DNA from: Alphaproteobacteria bacterium
GTDB lineage: Bacteria; Pseudomonadota; Alphaproteobacteria; RF32; CAG-239
DNA: 64,000 nt
Assembly (NCBI GenBank): GCA_017939155.1
Contig: JAGAZZ010000006.1
Coordinates: forward strand, 7,564 to 71,563
Direction of reading: 5' to 3'
Under the pieces are notes generated by a model. It was not told the origin of the DNA. It did not search any database and was given only the letters and a program-made list of their open reading frames with translations. Below, one piece after another: positions 1 through 9,676 of this stretch. The position numbers were made by a program, and so were the translations under genes. Every line of letters starts with the position of its first letter. The first letter of the stretch is position 1.

Positions 1-1
1 T

Positions 2-169
2 GACGGTGACACCGTCATCAGAACATACGGCGTTCCGGTTGAAACGGTTGAAGAATTTTCTTTCAAAGGGCGCCAAACCCGCGCTGATGAACTCGAACGC
101 ATTAAAACCAAACAAGAGCTAATCACGGCTTTCGGTGCAGTTAAAATCTGGAAAAGCGGAGAAAAATAA
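2..169 (+). CDS. C-terminal fragment of an unidentified protein (gene starts left of the window)
   Basis: The frame is open from the window edge and ends ...ITAFGAVKIWKSGEK*. Its stop overlaps the next start (TAATG). No family motif was recognised. Confidence 0.4.
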   Translation, partial: DGDTVIRTYGVPVETVEEFSFKGRQTRADELERIKTKQELITAFGAVKIWKSGEK

Positions 170-567
170 TGATAGGAATTGTTTTGGTAACGCACGGCAG
201 ACTGGCTGATGAATTTGTATCTGCCATGCAGCACGTTGTCGGTCCGCAAAGCCAAATTGCCACCGCCTGCATCGGTCCTAATGACGATATGAACAGCCGC
301 CGTGAAGACATTATGTCTAAAGTAAAAGAGGTCGACACCGGCGATGGCGTTATCGTGTTAACTGATATGTTTGGCGGCACCCCCTCTAACCTTGCCATCT
401 CGATTATGGACAAGGCAAATATAGAGGTTATCGCCGGCATTAACTTGCCAATGTTGGTTAAGCTTAACACCTTGCGCCGCGAAAAATCGCTCAAAGACGC
501 TGTTGCCGGCGCCAAAGAGGCCGGTATCAAATACATCACCATTGCTTCCGAACTTTTGGGAAAATAA
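169..567 (+). CDS. PTS EIIA component, mannose/fructose family (regulatory PTS)
   Basis: 132 aa. The N-terminus MIGIVLVTHGRLA carries the His typical of EIIA-Man, and an HPr gene follows directly. Confidence 0.85.
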   Translation: MIGIVLVTHGRLADEFVSAMQHVVGPQSQIATACIGPNDDMNSRREDIMSKVKEVDTGDGVIVLTDMFGGTPSNLAISIMDKANIEVIAGINLPMLVKLNTLRREKSLKDAVAGAKEAGIKYITIASELLGK

Positions 568-568
568 A

Positions 569-847
569 ATGACAGACACACTCACCACAACTGTTGAAAT
601 TATAAACGAACGCGGTCTGCACGCCCGTGCCGCCGCACACTTCGTCAAAACAATTGAAAATCTTAATGCAGCGGTTGAAGTAGAACGCCTAAACCAAACC
701 GTTGACGGCAACTCGATTATGGGGCTGATGATGCTTGCCGCCTCCAAAGGCTCTTCTATTAAAATCAGCGCCTCAGGTCCTGACGCTAAAAAAGCAATTG
801 ATGATTTGACAACCTTGATTAACAACAAATTCGGTGAAGAAAAATGA
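569..847 (+). CDS. ptsH: HPr/NPr phosphocarrier protein
   Basis: The ATG at 569 gives MTDTLTTTVEIINERGLHARAAAHF... with the GLHARAA active-site His region. The ORF-track start at 503 is an upstream extension overlapping EIIA. Confidence 0.9.
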   Translation: MTDTLTTTVEIINERGLHARAAAHFVKTIENLNAAVEVERLNQTVDGNSIMGLMMLAASKGSSIKISASGPDAKKAIDDLTTLINNKFGEEK

Positions 848-1776
848 GCAGCACACCTGCCCCGCGCAACAAAACCATCATTTTAAACAATGAAGAAATA
901 GAAACCTACGCCTCAAGGGCAATAACGCTGAGCTCAAAAGCCAAATTAAAAGACATCGTCAATAAAACAATTTTCCAAGATACTTTTGAAGCCTTAAAAT
1001 TTTTACCCGCCAACTTTGCCGACCTCGTTGTTGTAGACCCGCCATATAATTTAACCAAAAAATTCGGCACCAAAGAATTTAAATCAATGGACTGGAACGC
1101 TTACAAACGCTGGATGGATAAATGGCTTGCCGAGGTTTTCATCTCCTTAAAGCCGAACGGTAGCCTCTATATCTGTTCAGACTGGAACACCTCCATCGCT
1201 ATCCCCGAAATCGCCGGCAAATATTTCCTCTTAAAAAACCGTATCACTTGGGAACGCGAAAAAGGGCGCTCTGCCGGGAATAACTGGAAAAACTGTATGG
1301 AAGATATATGGTTTTTTACCAAATCGCCCGAATACACCTTTAATCTCGACGCCGTAAAGTTAAAACGCCCCGTCTTAGCCCCCTATAAAGACGCTAATGG
1401 GATTCCCAAAGACTGGCAGGAAGATGAAGAAATTGAAGGCGGCAAATTTCGTTTAACCGCCCCGTCAAACCTATGGACGGATATTTCCATTCCTTTCTGG
1501 TCAATGCCTGAAAACACCCCACACCCCACCCAAAAGCCTGAAAAGTTGATAGCCAAGCTTATCCTGGCTTCCAGTAATGTTGGTGACGTGGTTTTTGACC
1601 CGTTTTTAGGCTCCGGCACCACCTCTGTCACTGCCTCAAAACTTAACCGCCGCTACATCGGCATAGAGCGGGAAAAAGAATATGTCGCCATCGCTGAAAA
1701 GCGGCTTGAAATCGCTCAAACCGATAAAACTATCCAAGGTTATGAAAACGGCGTTTTCAAACTTCGCCATGCCTGA
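844..1776 (+). CDS. Site-specific DNA methyltransferase, beta class (N6-adenine type DPPY)
   Basis: The catalytic motif VVVDPPYNL lies upstream of the AdoMet motif FDPFLGSGTT (beta-class motif order). The start overlaps the ptsH stop (ATGA). No restriction endonuclease gene is adjacent. Confidence 0.85.
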   Translation: MSSTPAPRNKTIILNNEEIETYASRAITLSSKAKLKDIVNKTIFQDTFEALKFLPANFADLVVVDPPYNLTKKFGTKEFKSMDWNAYKRWMDKWLAEVFISLKPNGSLYICSDWNTSIAIPEIAGKYFLLKNRITWEREKGRSAGNNWKNCMEDIWFFTKSPEYTFNLDAVKLKRPVLAPYKDANGIPKDWQEDEEIEGGKFRLTAPSNLWTDISIPFWSMPENTPHPTQKPEKLIAKLILASSNVGDVVFDPFLGSGTTSVTASKLNRRYIGIEREKEYVAIAEKRLEIAQTDKTIQGYENGVFKLRHA

Positions 1777-1844
1777 TTTCCTTAAAAATTGGACACTCTA
1801 AAAAAAATACTTGCAAAAATATATAACATAGTATATACCAAAAG

Positions 1845-2012
1845 CAATCTTGCTAAGCAGGATTGGAGCTTCAGAAACTCCTCAAGCAATCGTCTTTTAT
1901 AAGACGTTAGTCCCTATGTTATCACACGGTCGGATGTCGACGAATAAGAGTTACTCAAATAAGTCGAGCCGTCTTATTGCTTACGGTTTCTGAACGTCCG
2001 CCCGCCTTTTTT
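1845..2012 (+). ncRNA. Candidate small structured RNA of unknown family, between the MTase gene and ftsH
   Basis: There is a promoter-like TTGCAA (1811-1816) with a TATATA/TATACC box near 1832-1839. Long-range complementarities are TTCAGAAAC (1870-1878) with GTTTCTGAA (1986-1994) and AAGCAAT (1884-1890) with ATTGCTT (1976-1982). A local hairpin is CGTCTT-TTAT-AAGACG, and a T-run lies at 2007-2012. No ORF is present. Confidence 0.3.
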
Positions 2013-2154
2013 CTATTTCAGATAAAATAATTCTCCCCCAACCTGCTGAAAAACAAAAATAGCTGTTGAGTTTTCCCTATTTCCGCCCTATATATATAAA
2101 CATCGGCAAAATGCCGACATCAACCTTATTTTTTCTGTTGGGATAATGTAAAAC

Positions 2155-4020
2155 ATGAAAAACTCAAAAAGTATTTTGTTATGGCTTATCGCATTTGTTT
2201 TTTTAAGCCTTGCTTTCAATAACTTATCAATGGAATCCGCACGTGGTTCCGCTGAAGTCATTGCTTTTTCTGATTTTATGGACAGGGCGGAAGATAACCG
2301 TGTCCAGTCCGTCACCATCGTCGGCAATGATATTCAGGGAACATACACTGACGGCACCAAGTTCCGCACTTATGCCCCCTACAACCCCGGTATGGTCGAA
2401 AATTTAAGAAAACTCGGCATAAAAATTGAAGCTCAGCCGATAGACACCTCCGAGAGCACCTTTTGGGGCATATTGATTTCTTGGTTCCCGATGTTGCTTT
2501 TAATCGGCGTATGGATTTTCTTTATGCGTCAGGCAAACTCGGGCAACAACAAAGCCATGAGCTTTGGCAAATCCCGCGCTAAGTTAATCGAAAACACCAA
2601 AAAAGTCACCTTTGCAGACGTTGCCGGTGCTGATGAAAGCAAACAAGAACTTGAAGAAATTATTGATTTCTTAAAAGACCCGCAAAAATTCCAACGTTTA
2701 GGCGGCAAAATCCCTAAGGGTGTGCTTTTAGTTGGTCCTCCGGGAACCGGTAAAACCCTGCTTGCCAAAGCTGTCGCCGGTGAAGCAAACGTTCCGTTTT
2801 TCTCCATTTCCGGCTCAGACTTTGTGGAGATGTTTGTTGGTGTGGGCGCTTCGCGTGTGCGTGATATGTTTGCCCAAGCCAAGAAAAACGCTCCCTGCCT
2901 CTTGTTTATTGATGAGATAGACGCAGTAGGTCGTCATCGTGGCGCCGGTCTTGGCGGCGGAAACGACGAGCGCGAGCAAACCTTAAACCAGCTCTTGGTG
3001 GAAATGGACGGCTTTGATGCTAATGAAAACGTCATCTTAATCGCCGCCACTAACCGTCCTGACGTCTTAGACCCTGCGCTCCTGCGTCCCGGACGTTTCG
3101 ACAGGCAGGTGACTGTCACAAATCCTGATGTCAAAGGTCGTGAAGAAATCTTAAAAGTTCACGTCCGCAAAGTTCCTTTAGGCAAAAATGTTGATTTAAG
3201 CGTTGTTGCCCGCGGCACACCGGGATTTTCCGGTGCCGATTTGGCAAATCTTGTCAATGAAGCAGCACTTCTCGCCGCCCGCAAAAACAAGCTCAAAGTA
3301 AGCTCAGCCGACTTTGATGCTGCCAAAGACAAGGTCTTAATGGGTAACGAACGCAAATCTATGGCTATGGATGAAAAAGAAAAAATGCTGACCGCTTATC
3401 ACGAAGCCGGTCACGCTATCTGTTCGTTAAACGTCAAAGACACAGACCCGATTCATAAGGCGACAATCATTCCGCGCGGACGAGCCTTGGGTATGGTGCA
3501 GCAATTGCCCGAAAAAGACAGATATTCCTACACTCGCGCGCAAATGCTCTCTCGTTTGGCTATTTGTATGGGCGGACGTGTCGCCGAAGAGCTGAAATTC
3601 GGCTATGACGCCGTCACCTCTGGTGCCTCGTCAGACATCAACGCCGCCACCAACTTAGCACGCGCTATGGTAACGGAATGGGGAATGAGTGACGTGCTTG
3701 GTCCGATTCGCTATTCTGAAAACTCAAACGAGGTTTTCTTAGGTCGTTCGGTCACACAAAACCAGAATATGAGCGAAGAAACCGCGCGTTTGGTCGATTC
3801 GGAAATTAAGCGCCTTGTCACCGAGGGCTACGAAGAAGCCAAAAAAATCTTAAACAAACATAAAAAAGATTGGGAAACATTAGCTGTCGCTTTAATGGAA
3901 TATGAAACCCTGACCGGAGATGAAATAAAAGCCGTTATCAAAGGCGAGCCTATTGATAAAAGCAAAGACGCTCCCGTCTCGGAAGAAAAGCGAACCAAAG
4001 CATCCGTTCCCGAGTTATAA
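2155..4020 (+). CDS. ftsH: ATP-dependent zinc metalloprotease FtsH
   Basis: 621 aa with N-terminal TM segments, Walker A GPPGTGKT, an AAA+ module and the HEAGHA zinc motif. Confidence 0.97.
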   Translation: MKNSKSILLWLIAFVFLSLAFNNLSMESARGSAEVIAFSDFMDRAEDNRVQSVTIVGNDIQGTYTDGTKFRTYAPYNPGMVENLRKLGIKIEAQPIDTSESTFWGILISWFPMLLLIGVWIFFMRQANSGNNKAMSFGKSRAKLIENTKKVTFADVAGADESKQELEEIIDFLKDPQKFQRLGGKIPKGVLLVGPPGTGKTLLAKAVAGEANVPFFSISGSDFVEMFVGVGASRVRDMFAQAKKNAPCLLFIDEIDAVGRHRGAGLGGGNDEREQTLNQLLVEMDGFDANENVILIAATNRPDVLDPALLRPGRFDRQVTVTNPDVKGREEILKVHVRKVPLGKNVDLSVVARGTPGFSGADLANLVNEAALLAARKNKLKVSSADFDAAKDKVLMGNERKSMAMDEKEKMLTAYHEAGHAICSLNVKDTDPIHKATIIPRGRALGMVQQLPEKDRYSYTRAQMLSRLAICMGGRVAEELKFGYDAVTSGASSDINAATNLARAMVTEWGMSDVLGPIRYSENSNEVFLGRSVTQNQNMSEETARLVDSEIKRLVTEGYEEAKKILNKHKKDWETLAVALMEYETLTGDEIKAVIKGEPIDKSKDAPVSEEKRTKASVPEL

Positions 4021-4023
4021 AAA

Positions 4024-4052
4024 CAATCCCCCGAAAAATCGGGGGATTTTTT
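4024..4052 (+). terminator. Intrinsic terminator of ftsH
   Basis: ATCCCCCG-AAAAAT-CGGGGGAT hairpin followed by TTTTTT. Confidence 0.8.
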
Positions 4053-4272
4053 AGAAAGTGGAAACCCTTTTAACGTAGTATATCTATCCTACCTGCTGAA
4101 AAAAAAGGATCGTTTTTTTTCAGCAACTTGCTCAATACAGTATATATAGTATAATCAAAAGGTTAACATTTAGTTAATTTCCTCAAAAATTGCATAAAAA
4201 AAACGATGGTTTTTTATAAACAATCTTTTCCAAAACAGCTTGCAAATACAAAACTAATGAAAGGAAAAGAAC

Positions 4273-4641
4273 ATGAAATATCTAAGATTATTCGCATTAA
4301 CGCTTATTCTTACCTGCATCTTCGCTACTGTATCTTATGCAGAAGGCGGAGGCGGAGATAATTCGTTAATGGGCTTGGCGGCAACAAAAGCTGTCAATGT
4401 CTTCAATCACGTCAAAGCCATCATCTTTATCGTTGGCGGTTTTGGTTTGGTAGGAATTGCCTTTCAGGCTATCTTTGGTAAGGTAAAATGGGCTTGGTTT
4501 GCAGGTCTTGCAATCGGTCTGGCTATTTTGGCTGCGGCCGCTTCCATCGTTAACTACGCAACTGGTGACACGATGGGAGGTAAAATAAACTCTACTAAAG
4601 TCGAAGATACCTTCCAAGACAGCGGCGAAGGAAATCTCTAA
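4273..4641 (+). CDS. TrbC/VirB2-like pilin-type small membrane protein (orphan)
   Basis: 122 aa. It has a signal peptide ending ...VSYA/EG, then two hydrophobic helices (AIIFIVGGFGLVGIAFQAIFG and AWFAGLAIGLAILAAAASIV) joined by a short basic loop KVKW. This is the VirB2/TrbC architecture. The gene is monocistronic, with a downstream terminator. Confidence 0.45.
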   Translation: MKYLRLFALTLILTCIFATVSYAEGGGGDNSLMGLAATKAVNVFNHVKAIIFIVGGFGLVGIAFQAIFGKVKWAWFAGLAIGLAILAAAASIVNYATGDTMGGKINSTKVEDTFQDSGEGNL

Positions 4642-4777
4642 CCGATATTTCGTTCTCCTTTCGCTTTGATAAGCTTTTAGCTTAAAAAAGCAAATTTATT
4701 ACACACAAAAAGCCTCTGTCTCGCAAGAGACAGAGGTTTTAAAAAACTAAAAGCAGGCTTAAAGCCTGCTTTTAATA

Positions 4778-5335
4778 TTACATACGATACTCCAACGAGT
4801 AATAAATACTCGTCGAACCCAAACGAAGCTTGCCACGCTCATCAAACATCATGGCTTTGTTTTTTCCGACCACATTGGCCTTCTTCAACACCGCCTTTTC
4901 TTTATATGAGCCATCGGCAGCACAGAAGCGCCACAATCCGTCATCTAGGCGGATAAAATGCTTCTTTTTCTTAAGCTCGGCAAACCCGCGCAAATCTGTG
5001 TGAACAACCTTGCCTGTTTCATCAAAAACGCTTATCTTGCGCCCCTTAACAAGCCTATACTCAGGATACTGTTCTAGTTCGTTATCAGAAACCACCAAAA
5101 AGCCCGTTTCTGAAAAACAATAATACCGGCAAGCAACAACAAAATGCCAACCGGTCGTGAAAACCAAGATACTGCCGTCTTTATACTTGAGGAAAATAAA
5201 TCCTTTACAAACATTTTCCTCACAATCGGCGCTCTTACCTAACTTCTCAAGAGCAAACTTCTTACTGTTCTCACCTGCAAAGCACCCCATCTGTTGCCCT
5301 GCCTGAATTCTCACACTAGCTGTATTCGTATTCAT
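4778..5335 (-). CDS. Hypothetical protein (possible WG-repeat-like)
   Basis: 185-aa ORF with repeated FDE(T/R)GK.. and DGLWRF-type segments, and a terminator hairpin downstream. The function is not recognised. Confidence 0.5.
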   Translation of the reverse strand: MNTNTASVRIQAGQQMGCFAGENSKKFALEKLGKSADCEENVCKGFIFLKYKDGSILVFTTGWHFVVACRYYCFSETGFLVVSDNELEQYPEYRLVKGRKISVFDETGKVVHTDLRGFAELKKKKHFIRLDDGLWRFCAADGSYKEKAVLKKANVVGKNKAMMFDERGKLRLGSTSIYYSLEYRM

Positions 5336-5459
5336 ACAATAAAAATAAAATTACAAATAAACATAAATTTATTAAAACCTTAGTAAAATAACACTACTTC
5401 ACCGACATTGCAAGTTTTTTTAACAAAAAAGGCGATATTTTCTATCGCCTCAAATTAAC

Positions 5460-6131
5460 TCAACTTCTTTTTTTTATGATATGATACTGCCACAAGATAA
5501 GCGCCGCCAAATAAGGCAAAAACATCTCGCTCGATTCTTCCAAAAGTTGGAAAATAGCATAAACATCATCATCTAAAGGCACACCACCATGCGCTTTGCG
5601 GTAATTTGATGGATAGCGGTCAACAATCTTGGCAAAAACACCCGTGGTACACAACACCGCAACCGACCAGCTAATCGTATCAAGCTTGAAAAAGGAAGTC
5701 ACCAGATACTTGGAATATTTATACGCCAAATACAAAACTGCACCCAAAATCACCAGCAAGACCGCGCCAAACACAATTTTTTCACCCAAAGGATTATTCG
5801 GGTTTAAAAAGAAGCGTGATTTAAACGGCGTCGTATCCGTTTTTGATAAATGGTGCTGAATGCCGCCTTCGCGCAAAAAGCAACAAATCGCCAAAAACAA
5901 ATAAATTCCCCAAGTCTTGATTTTATCCTTAAAATCATCGCTGACCCAAAGCAACACCGCAATCAAAACCACATAGCCAAAGTGAGAAATAATTTCAATA
6001 ATCTCGCCTTCTTCAGTCAAACGCAACACTTCTGTCGGATAACCAAAATAAATTACCCCCATAAAAGAAAGCCATAAAACCAAAAAAGCCGCTATCACAA
6101 AAAACGGGGATACAAATAGATTCTTAAACAT
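5460..6131 (-). CDS. Hypothetical polytopic membrane protein
   Basis: 223 aa with about 6 hydrophobic segments. No family was recognised. Confidence 0.55.
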   Translation of the reverse strand: MFKNLFVSPFFVIAAFLVLWLSFMGVIYFGYPTEVLRLTEEGEIIEIISHFGYVVLIAVLLWVSDDFKDKIKTWGIYLFLAICCFLREGGIQHHLSKTDTTPFKSRFFLNPNNPLGEKIVFGAVLLVILGAVLYLAYKYSKYLVTSFFKLDTISWSVAVLCTTGVFAKIVDRYPSNYRKAHGGVPLDDDVYAIFQLLEESSEMFLPYLAALILWQYHIIKKRS

Positions 6132-6242
6132 AACAAAGTCCTTAAAACTAAAAAATATTTCCTAAAAAATATACCCTGTTACGGATTTTCATAAGCAAAA
6201 AGTAAAACTTACGCACAAATAACGCGCCTTTTTCCGAATGTT

Positions 6243-6827
6243 TTAGGCTAAAAACGCATTTTGTTCCAAAATTTCAACGATTCTTTTCAACACTTTCTGC
6301 TCAACAAATTCGCCTTTCTTTAAATAAATGGCGCTTTTCACCCCGTCTTGGCAATAAAACGGAGAAATTCTGCGATAATTTTTCTCTAAAGCTTTAACCG
6401 AAACGCTGATTTCCGCCACCTCTTCCGCTAAATCAGCCATTTCCCCATCATAAACGCAGTCCACCACAACCTGAGGCTTAAGTTTTTCTTTTCCCGTCAT
6501 AAACAAATCATAAATAACCGCACCGCCCGCTATATAAATATCCTTTTCTTCCACCACATCGCTAATCTCTTTAAGCCCCGTCACCGCATAATGGCACGCC
6601 GCGTCAGAAACCGCATACCCCTCATCACGCGTTAACACAAAAATCTCACACCCGGGCAATGTCCTGTCCTTAAAACTCTCGTATGTTTTACGCCCGCAAA
6701 CCACCGTTTGTCCTGCAACCACATCTAAAAAATGCTTGGCATCGCTTGCAACCGACCACGGAATAGAACCGCCCATCCCGATAACATTATCTCCCTCATG
6801 TCTGCACCACATCGCCACAATCGTCAT
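6243..6827 (-). CDS. folA: Dihydrofolate reductase-like protein
   Basis: IVAMW..NVIGMGGSIPW....D..HF....GQTVVCGRKTYESF...LPG and IYIAGGAVIYDLF match the DHFR core pattern (IGxxxxxPW, GRxTxES, GG..vY). There is a C-terminal extension of about 40 aa. Confidence 0.75.
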   Translation of the reverse strand: MTIVAMWCRHEGDNVIGMGGSIPWSVASDAKHFLDVVAGQTVVCGRKTYESFKDRTLPGCEIFVLTRDEGYAVSDAACHYAVTGLKEISDVVEEKDIYIAGGAVIYDLFMTGKEKLKPQVVVDCVYDGEMADLAEEVAEISVSVKALEKNYRRISPFYCQDGVKSAIYLKKGEFVEQKVLKRIVEILEQNAFLA

Positions 6828-7444
6828 TTCAAAAACTCCTTAATCGGCGCGTATGTCCGCCTATGTTCCGGCGTCACACCGAATTTTTTTAACCCCTCAA
6901 TATGCGCTTTTGTGCCATAACCGGCATTTTTCTCAAACCCGTACCCCGGATAAGTCACCGCCATTTTTTCCATCAATCTGTCCCGATAAACTTTGGCTAA
7001 AATGGACGCTGCCGAAATGGAATAAGACTTCGCGTCCCCCTTAATCACGGCTTTTGCCGCAAACCCGAAATCTTTTGGCAGCCGATTGCCGTCAATAAGC
7101 ACCAGAGCGGGCTGAGCATTTGCCTTGGCAATTGCCCGTTTCATCGCCAAAAACGAAGCGTTTAAGATATTAATTTCATCAATTTCTCTGGCTGACGCTT
7201 CACCGATTCCGATTAAAATATTCCCTTTTTCAGCTTCACTTTCCAGCAAAGCATACAACATCTCTCTTTTTTTCTTCGAAAGCTTTTTGGAATCATTAAG
7301 CTCTGAAAGCAGCCTCTCATCAACATTTCTGTTCAAAAACACCGCACATCCGGCAACCACCGGACCAACCCAAGGACCGCGCCCCGCCTCGTCCACGCCG
7401 GCAACCAAACCTTCTGTTTCGTCTTCTAAAAGAAAATCGGGCAT
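6824..7444 (-). CDS. rnhB: Ribonuclease HII
   Basis: VAGVDEAGRGPWVGPVVAG catalytic motif in 206 aa. The gene overlaps folA by 4 nt. Confidence 0.92.
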   Translation of the reverse strand: MPDFLLEDETEGLVAGVDEAGRGPWVGPVVAGCAVFLNRNVDERLLSELNDSKKLSKKKREMLYALLESEAEKGNILIGIGEASAREIDEINILNASFLAMKRAIAKANAQPALVLIDGNRLPKDFGFAAKAVIKGDAKSYSISAASILAKVYRDRLMEKMAVTYPGYGFEKNAGYGTKAHIEGLKKFGVTPEHRRTYAPIKEFLK

Positions 7445-7501
7445 AACATATCTCCTTTTTTGTATGTTTTACCCGATTTTCTTATAAACTCAATCTTTAT
7501 C

Positions 7502-7813
7502 TTAGTTTTTCAGCACTTTTACACCTTCATATTCAGCTTCAATAATACCACCCACAACCACCGCCACGTTTGGGTACCCGGCTTCTTCAAAACGTTCCGC
7601 CACTTCCGAAGCAATACCGCCCGAGGTACATAAAATATTCACTGTTTTATTCCCTTGGGGGTTATATTCCGCCATAAACTCATCTGGATTAACGCTGTCC
7701 GCCTTAATCACAATATGCGGAAGCGCCAGCCTTTCTTTCGCATATTCGCCCTCATCGCGCACATCTAATATAATCGAATCTTTATCAAGACTTTCCGGTT
7801 TAATAAAATGCAT
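7502..7813 (-). CDS. Rhodanese-domain protein
   Basis: 103 aa with an active-site loop CTSGGIAS and a typical single rhodanese fold pattern. Confidence 0.8.
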   Translation of the reverse strand: MHFIKPESLDKDSIILDVRDEGEYAKERLALPHIVIKADSVNPDEFMAEYNPQGNKTVNILCTSGGIASEVAERFEEAGYPNVAVVVGGIIEAEYEGVKVLKN

Positions 7814-7921
7814 CGCTTCCTCCTTTGTTTACTCTATGAAGATAACTCTGCTGGTTGATTGTTAAACCTCTATTTTAGTTATAAAAAAAAGCGGCTCTTC
7901 GCCGCTTTTTTGAAAAAACTC

Positions 7922-8698
7922 TTAAATTTTCAACACGCGATACTCTATCCCGCTATTGTCAACATTAAGAATTTCAATCTCCGTTCCGCCAAAAGAAAGC
8001 ATCTTATCATACATCGAGAACGTATAAGTCTTCTGCTCTTCAACGCTAAGCTTGCCATCAGGCTCAACTAAATAATACTTAAAGACCATCTGAGAATCTT
8101 GAATACCCTCATAACGGATTTCCATACTCGTCACCACACTTTCCCCGTCAAACTGATGTTGTGCGGCATTTCTAAACACTAAATCATCCGGCTCAAGCAA
8201 AAATGATGTATTAATCAGCGCCAACCTGTCATTATAGATTCGCCCGACTCTCGGATAAATCTTTCCGCTACCGTCAATCAATACCACATCGCCAATGCGG
8301 TTAGGCTCTAACAAACGATACATTGTCCCGTTAATTTCCGTTTCACCGATAGTTTTATAAACTTTCTCATCCGAAAATTCCACCGGAACGGTATAGCTGA
8401 CAAGCGCCCCTTTCTTATTCGGGCGAACATACCCTTCTGAATAAACTTCTTTCTCCAAAATTTTTGAAGAAACCACAATTCCTCCCGGCATAGCATACCG
8501 AACCGCCCCCGGCTTAAAGTTGCTGACCGTCTCTGTTTCAATCTCCGCCGCGGCAAACTCATCTTGCGCATAATAGCGAATATTATAAGTATAAAAGAAG
8601 TCATTAAACGTATTGCGGCTCCCGAGCGTATAATCCCCCTTAAGGTAAAAACACGATGATAATGCCAAAACAGCCAAACCGATAAATATTTTTTTCAT
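7922..8698 (-). CDS. Hypothetical lipoprotein
   Basis: Signal peptide with a lipobox LALSSC. 258 aa, no recognised domain. Confidence 0.6.
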   Translation of the reverse strand: MKKIFIGLAVLALSSCFYLKGDYTLGSRNTFNDFFYTYNIRYYAQDEFAAAEIETETVSNFKPGAVRYAMPGGIVVSSKILEKEVYSEGYVRPNKKGALVSYTVPVEFSDEKVYKTIGETEINGTMYRLLEPNRIGDVVLIDGSGKIYPRVGRIYNDRLALINTSFLLEPDDLVFRNAAQHQFDGESVVTSMEIRYEGIQDSQMVFKYYLVEPDGKLSVEEQKTYTFSMYDKMLSFGGTEIEILNVDNSGIEYRVLKI

Positions 8699-8787
8699 AA
8701 TATAATCTCTTTTTAACGTTTCCCTTACTATATTTATGCAACGTTATTTAAAACTTGTAAACAAAAAAATATTTTAAAGAGAAAACT

Positions 8788-9660
8788 ATGTATAACATTA
8801 AACCGAGCTGTAAATTAATTCATTTTTTCCCCGTAGAACAAATGCCCGAACGCGAGGCGGAATTCTTGGAAGAAACCTTTGATGTCACCACTATTGACTA
8901 CACCGATGACGGATTGGAGAAATACACCTGCTACGCCAAGTTAGACTTTGATATTAACGCTTTCAAAACGCAAATTACAAACCTTAACCTCTCTTTGCCC
9001 GAGTTTGAGGAAGAAATTTTAGAAAGCAAAAACTGGCTTAAAGAAAACGTTATCAAATTTCCTCCCTATGAAATCGGCGCCTTTTTAATCTACGGCATCC
9101 ATGAAGCAACCTGTCCGAAAACCGACAAGCTCCCGGTTCAGGTTTACGCCGCCACGGCTTTTGGCTCCGAACACGCCACCACGCAAATGTGTTTATCTGC
9201 CATAACCGAACTCAAACAAATCGCTCCCGCCCCCAAAAAAATCCTTGATATGGGCACCGGCTCGGGCATTCTCTCAATCGCCGCCGCCAAAATCTGGCAT
9301 AATACGCCCAAAATCATTGCCGCTGATATTGATTCCGAATCGGTTGACGTCACACAAAACAACGCCATCACCAATAACGTTGAAAACAACATCACCGTCT
9401 TATTAAGTAACGGCTATCAAAACCCCGCCATTCCCGCAACCGCTCCCTATGATATGATTTTTGCCAATATTTTAGCCAATCCCTTAAAAGAAATGAGCCC
9501 CAACGCTTACGCTTCTTTAATCCCGAACGGCTATTACCTTATCTCAGGCTTTATCGAAAACCAAGAGCAAGACATCATAAACACACACTTTGCCCTTGGC
9601 TTTAAGCTCATCAAAACTTATAAAAAAGAAAACTGGCGCGCTGCCCTGTTGCAAAAATAA
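8788..9660 (+). CDS. prmA: Ribosomal protein L11 methyltransferase
   Basis: LDMGTGSGILSIAAAK AdoMet motif with a PrmA-type N-terminal domain, 290 aa. Confidence 0.85.
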   Translation: MYNIKPSCKLIHFFPVEQMPEREAEFLEETFDVTTIDYTDDGLEKYTCYAKLDFDINAFKTQITNLNLSLPEFEEEILESKNWLKENVIKFPPYEIGAFLIYGIHEATCPKTDKLPVQVYAATAFGSEHATTQMCLSAITELKQIAPAPKKILDMGTGSGILSIAAAKIWHNTPKIIAADIDSESVDVTQNNAITNNVENNITVLLSNGYQNPAIPATAPYDMIFANILANPLKEMSPNAYASLIPNGYYLISGFIENQEQDIINTHFALGFKLIKTYKKENWRAALLQK

Positions 9661-9676
9661 ATAAACGGAGGTCATT

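Noticed and set aside
2-169. Calling the left-edge fragment HPr kinase (hprK) from alphaproteobacterial hprK-EIIA-NPr synteny
   Set aside because: The 55 visible residues contain no HprK motif that I can recognise, and synteny alone is not sufficient.
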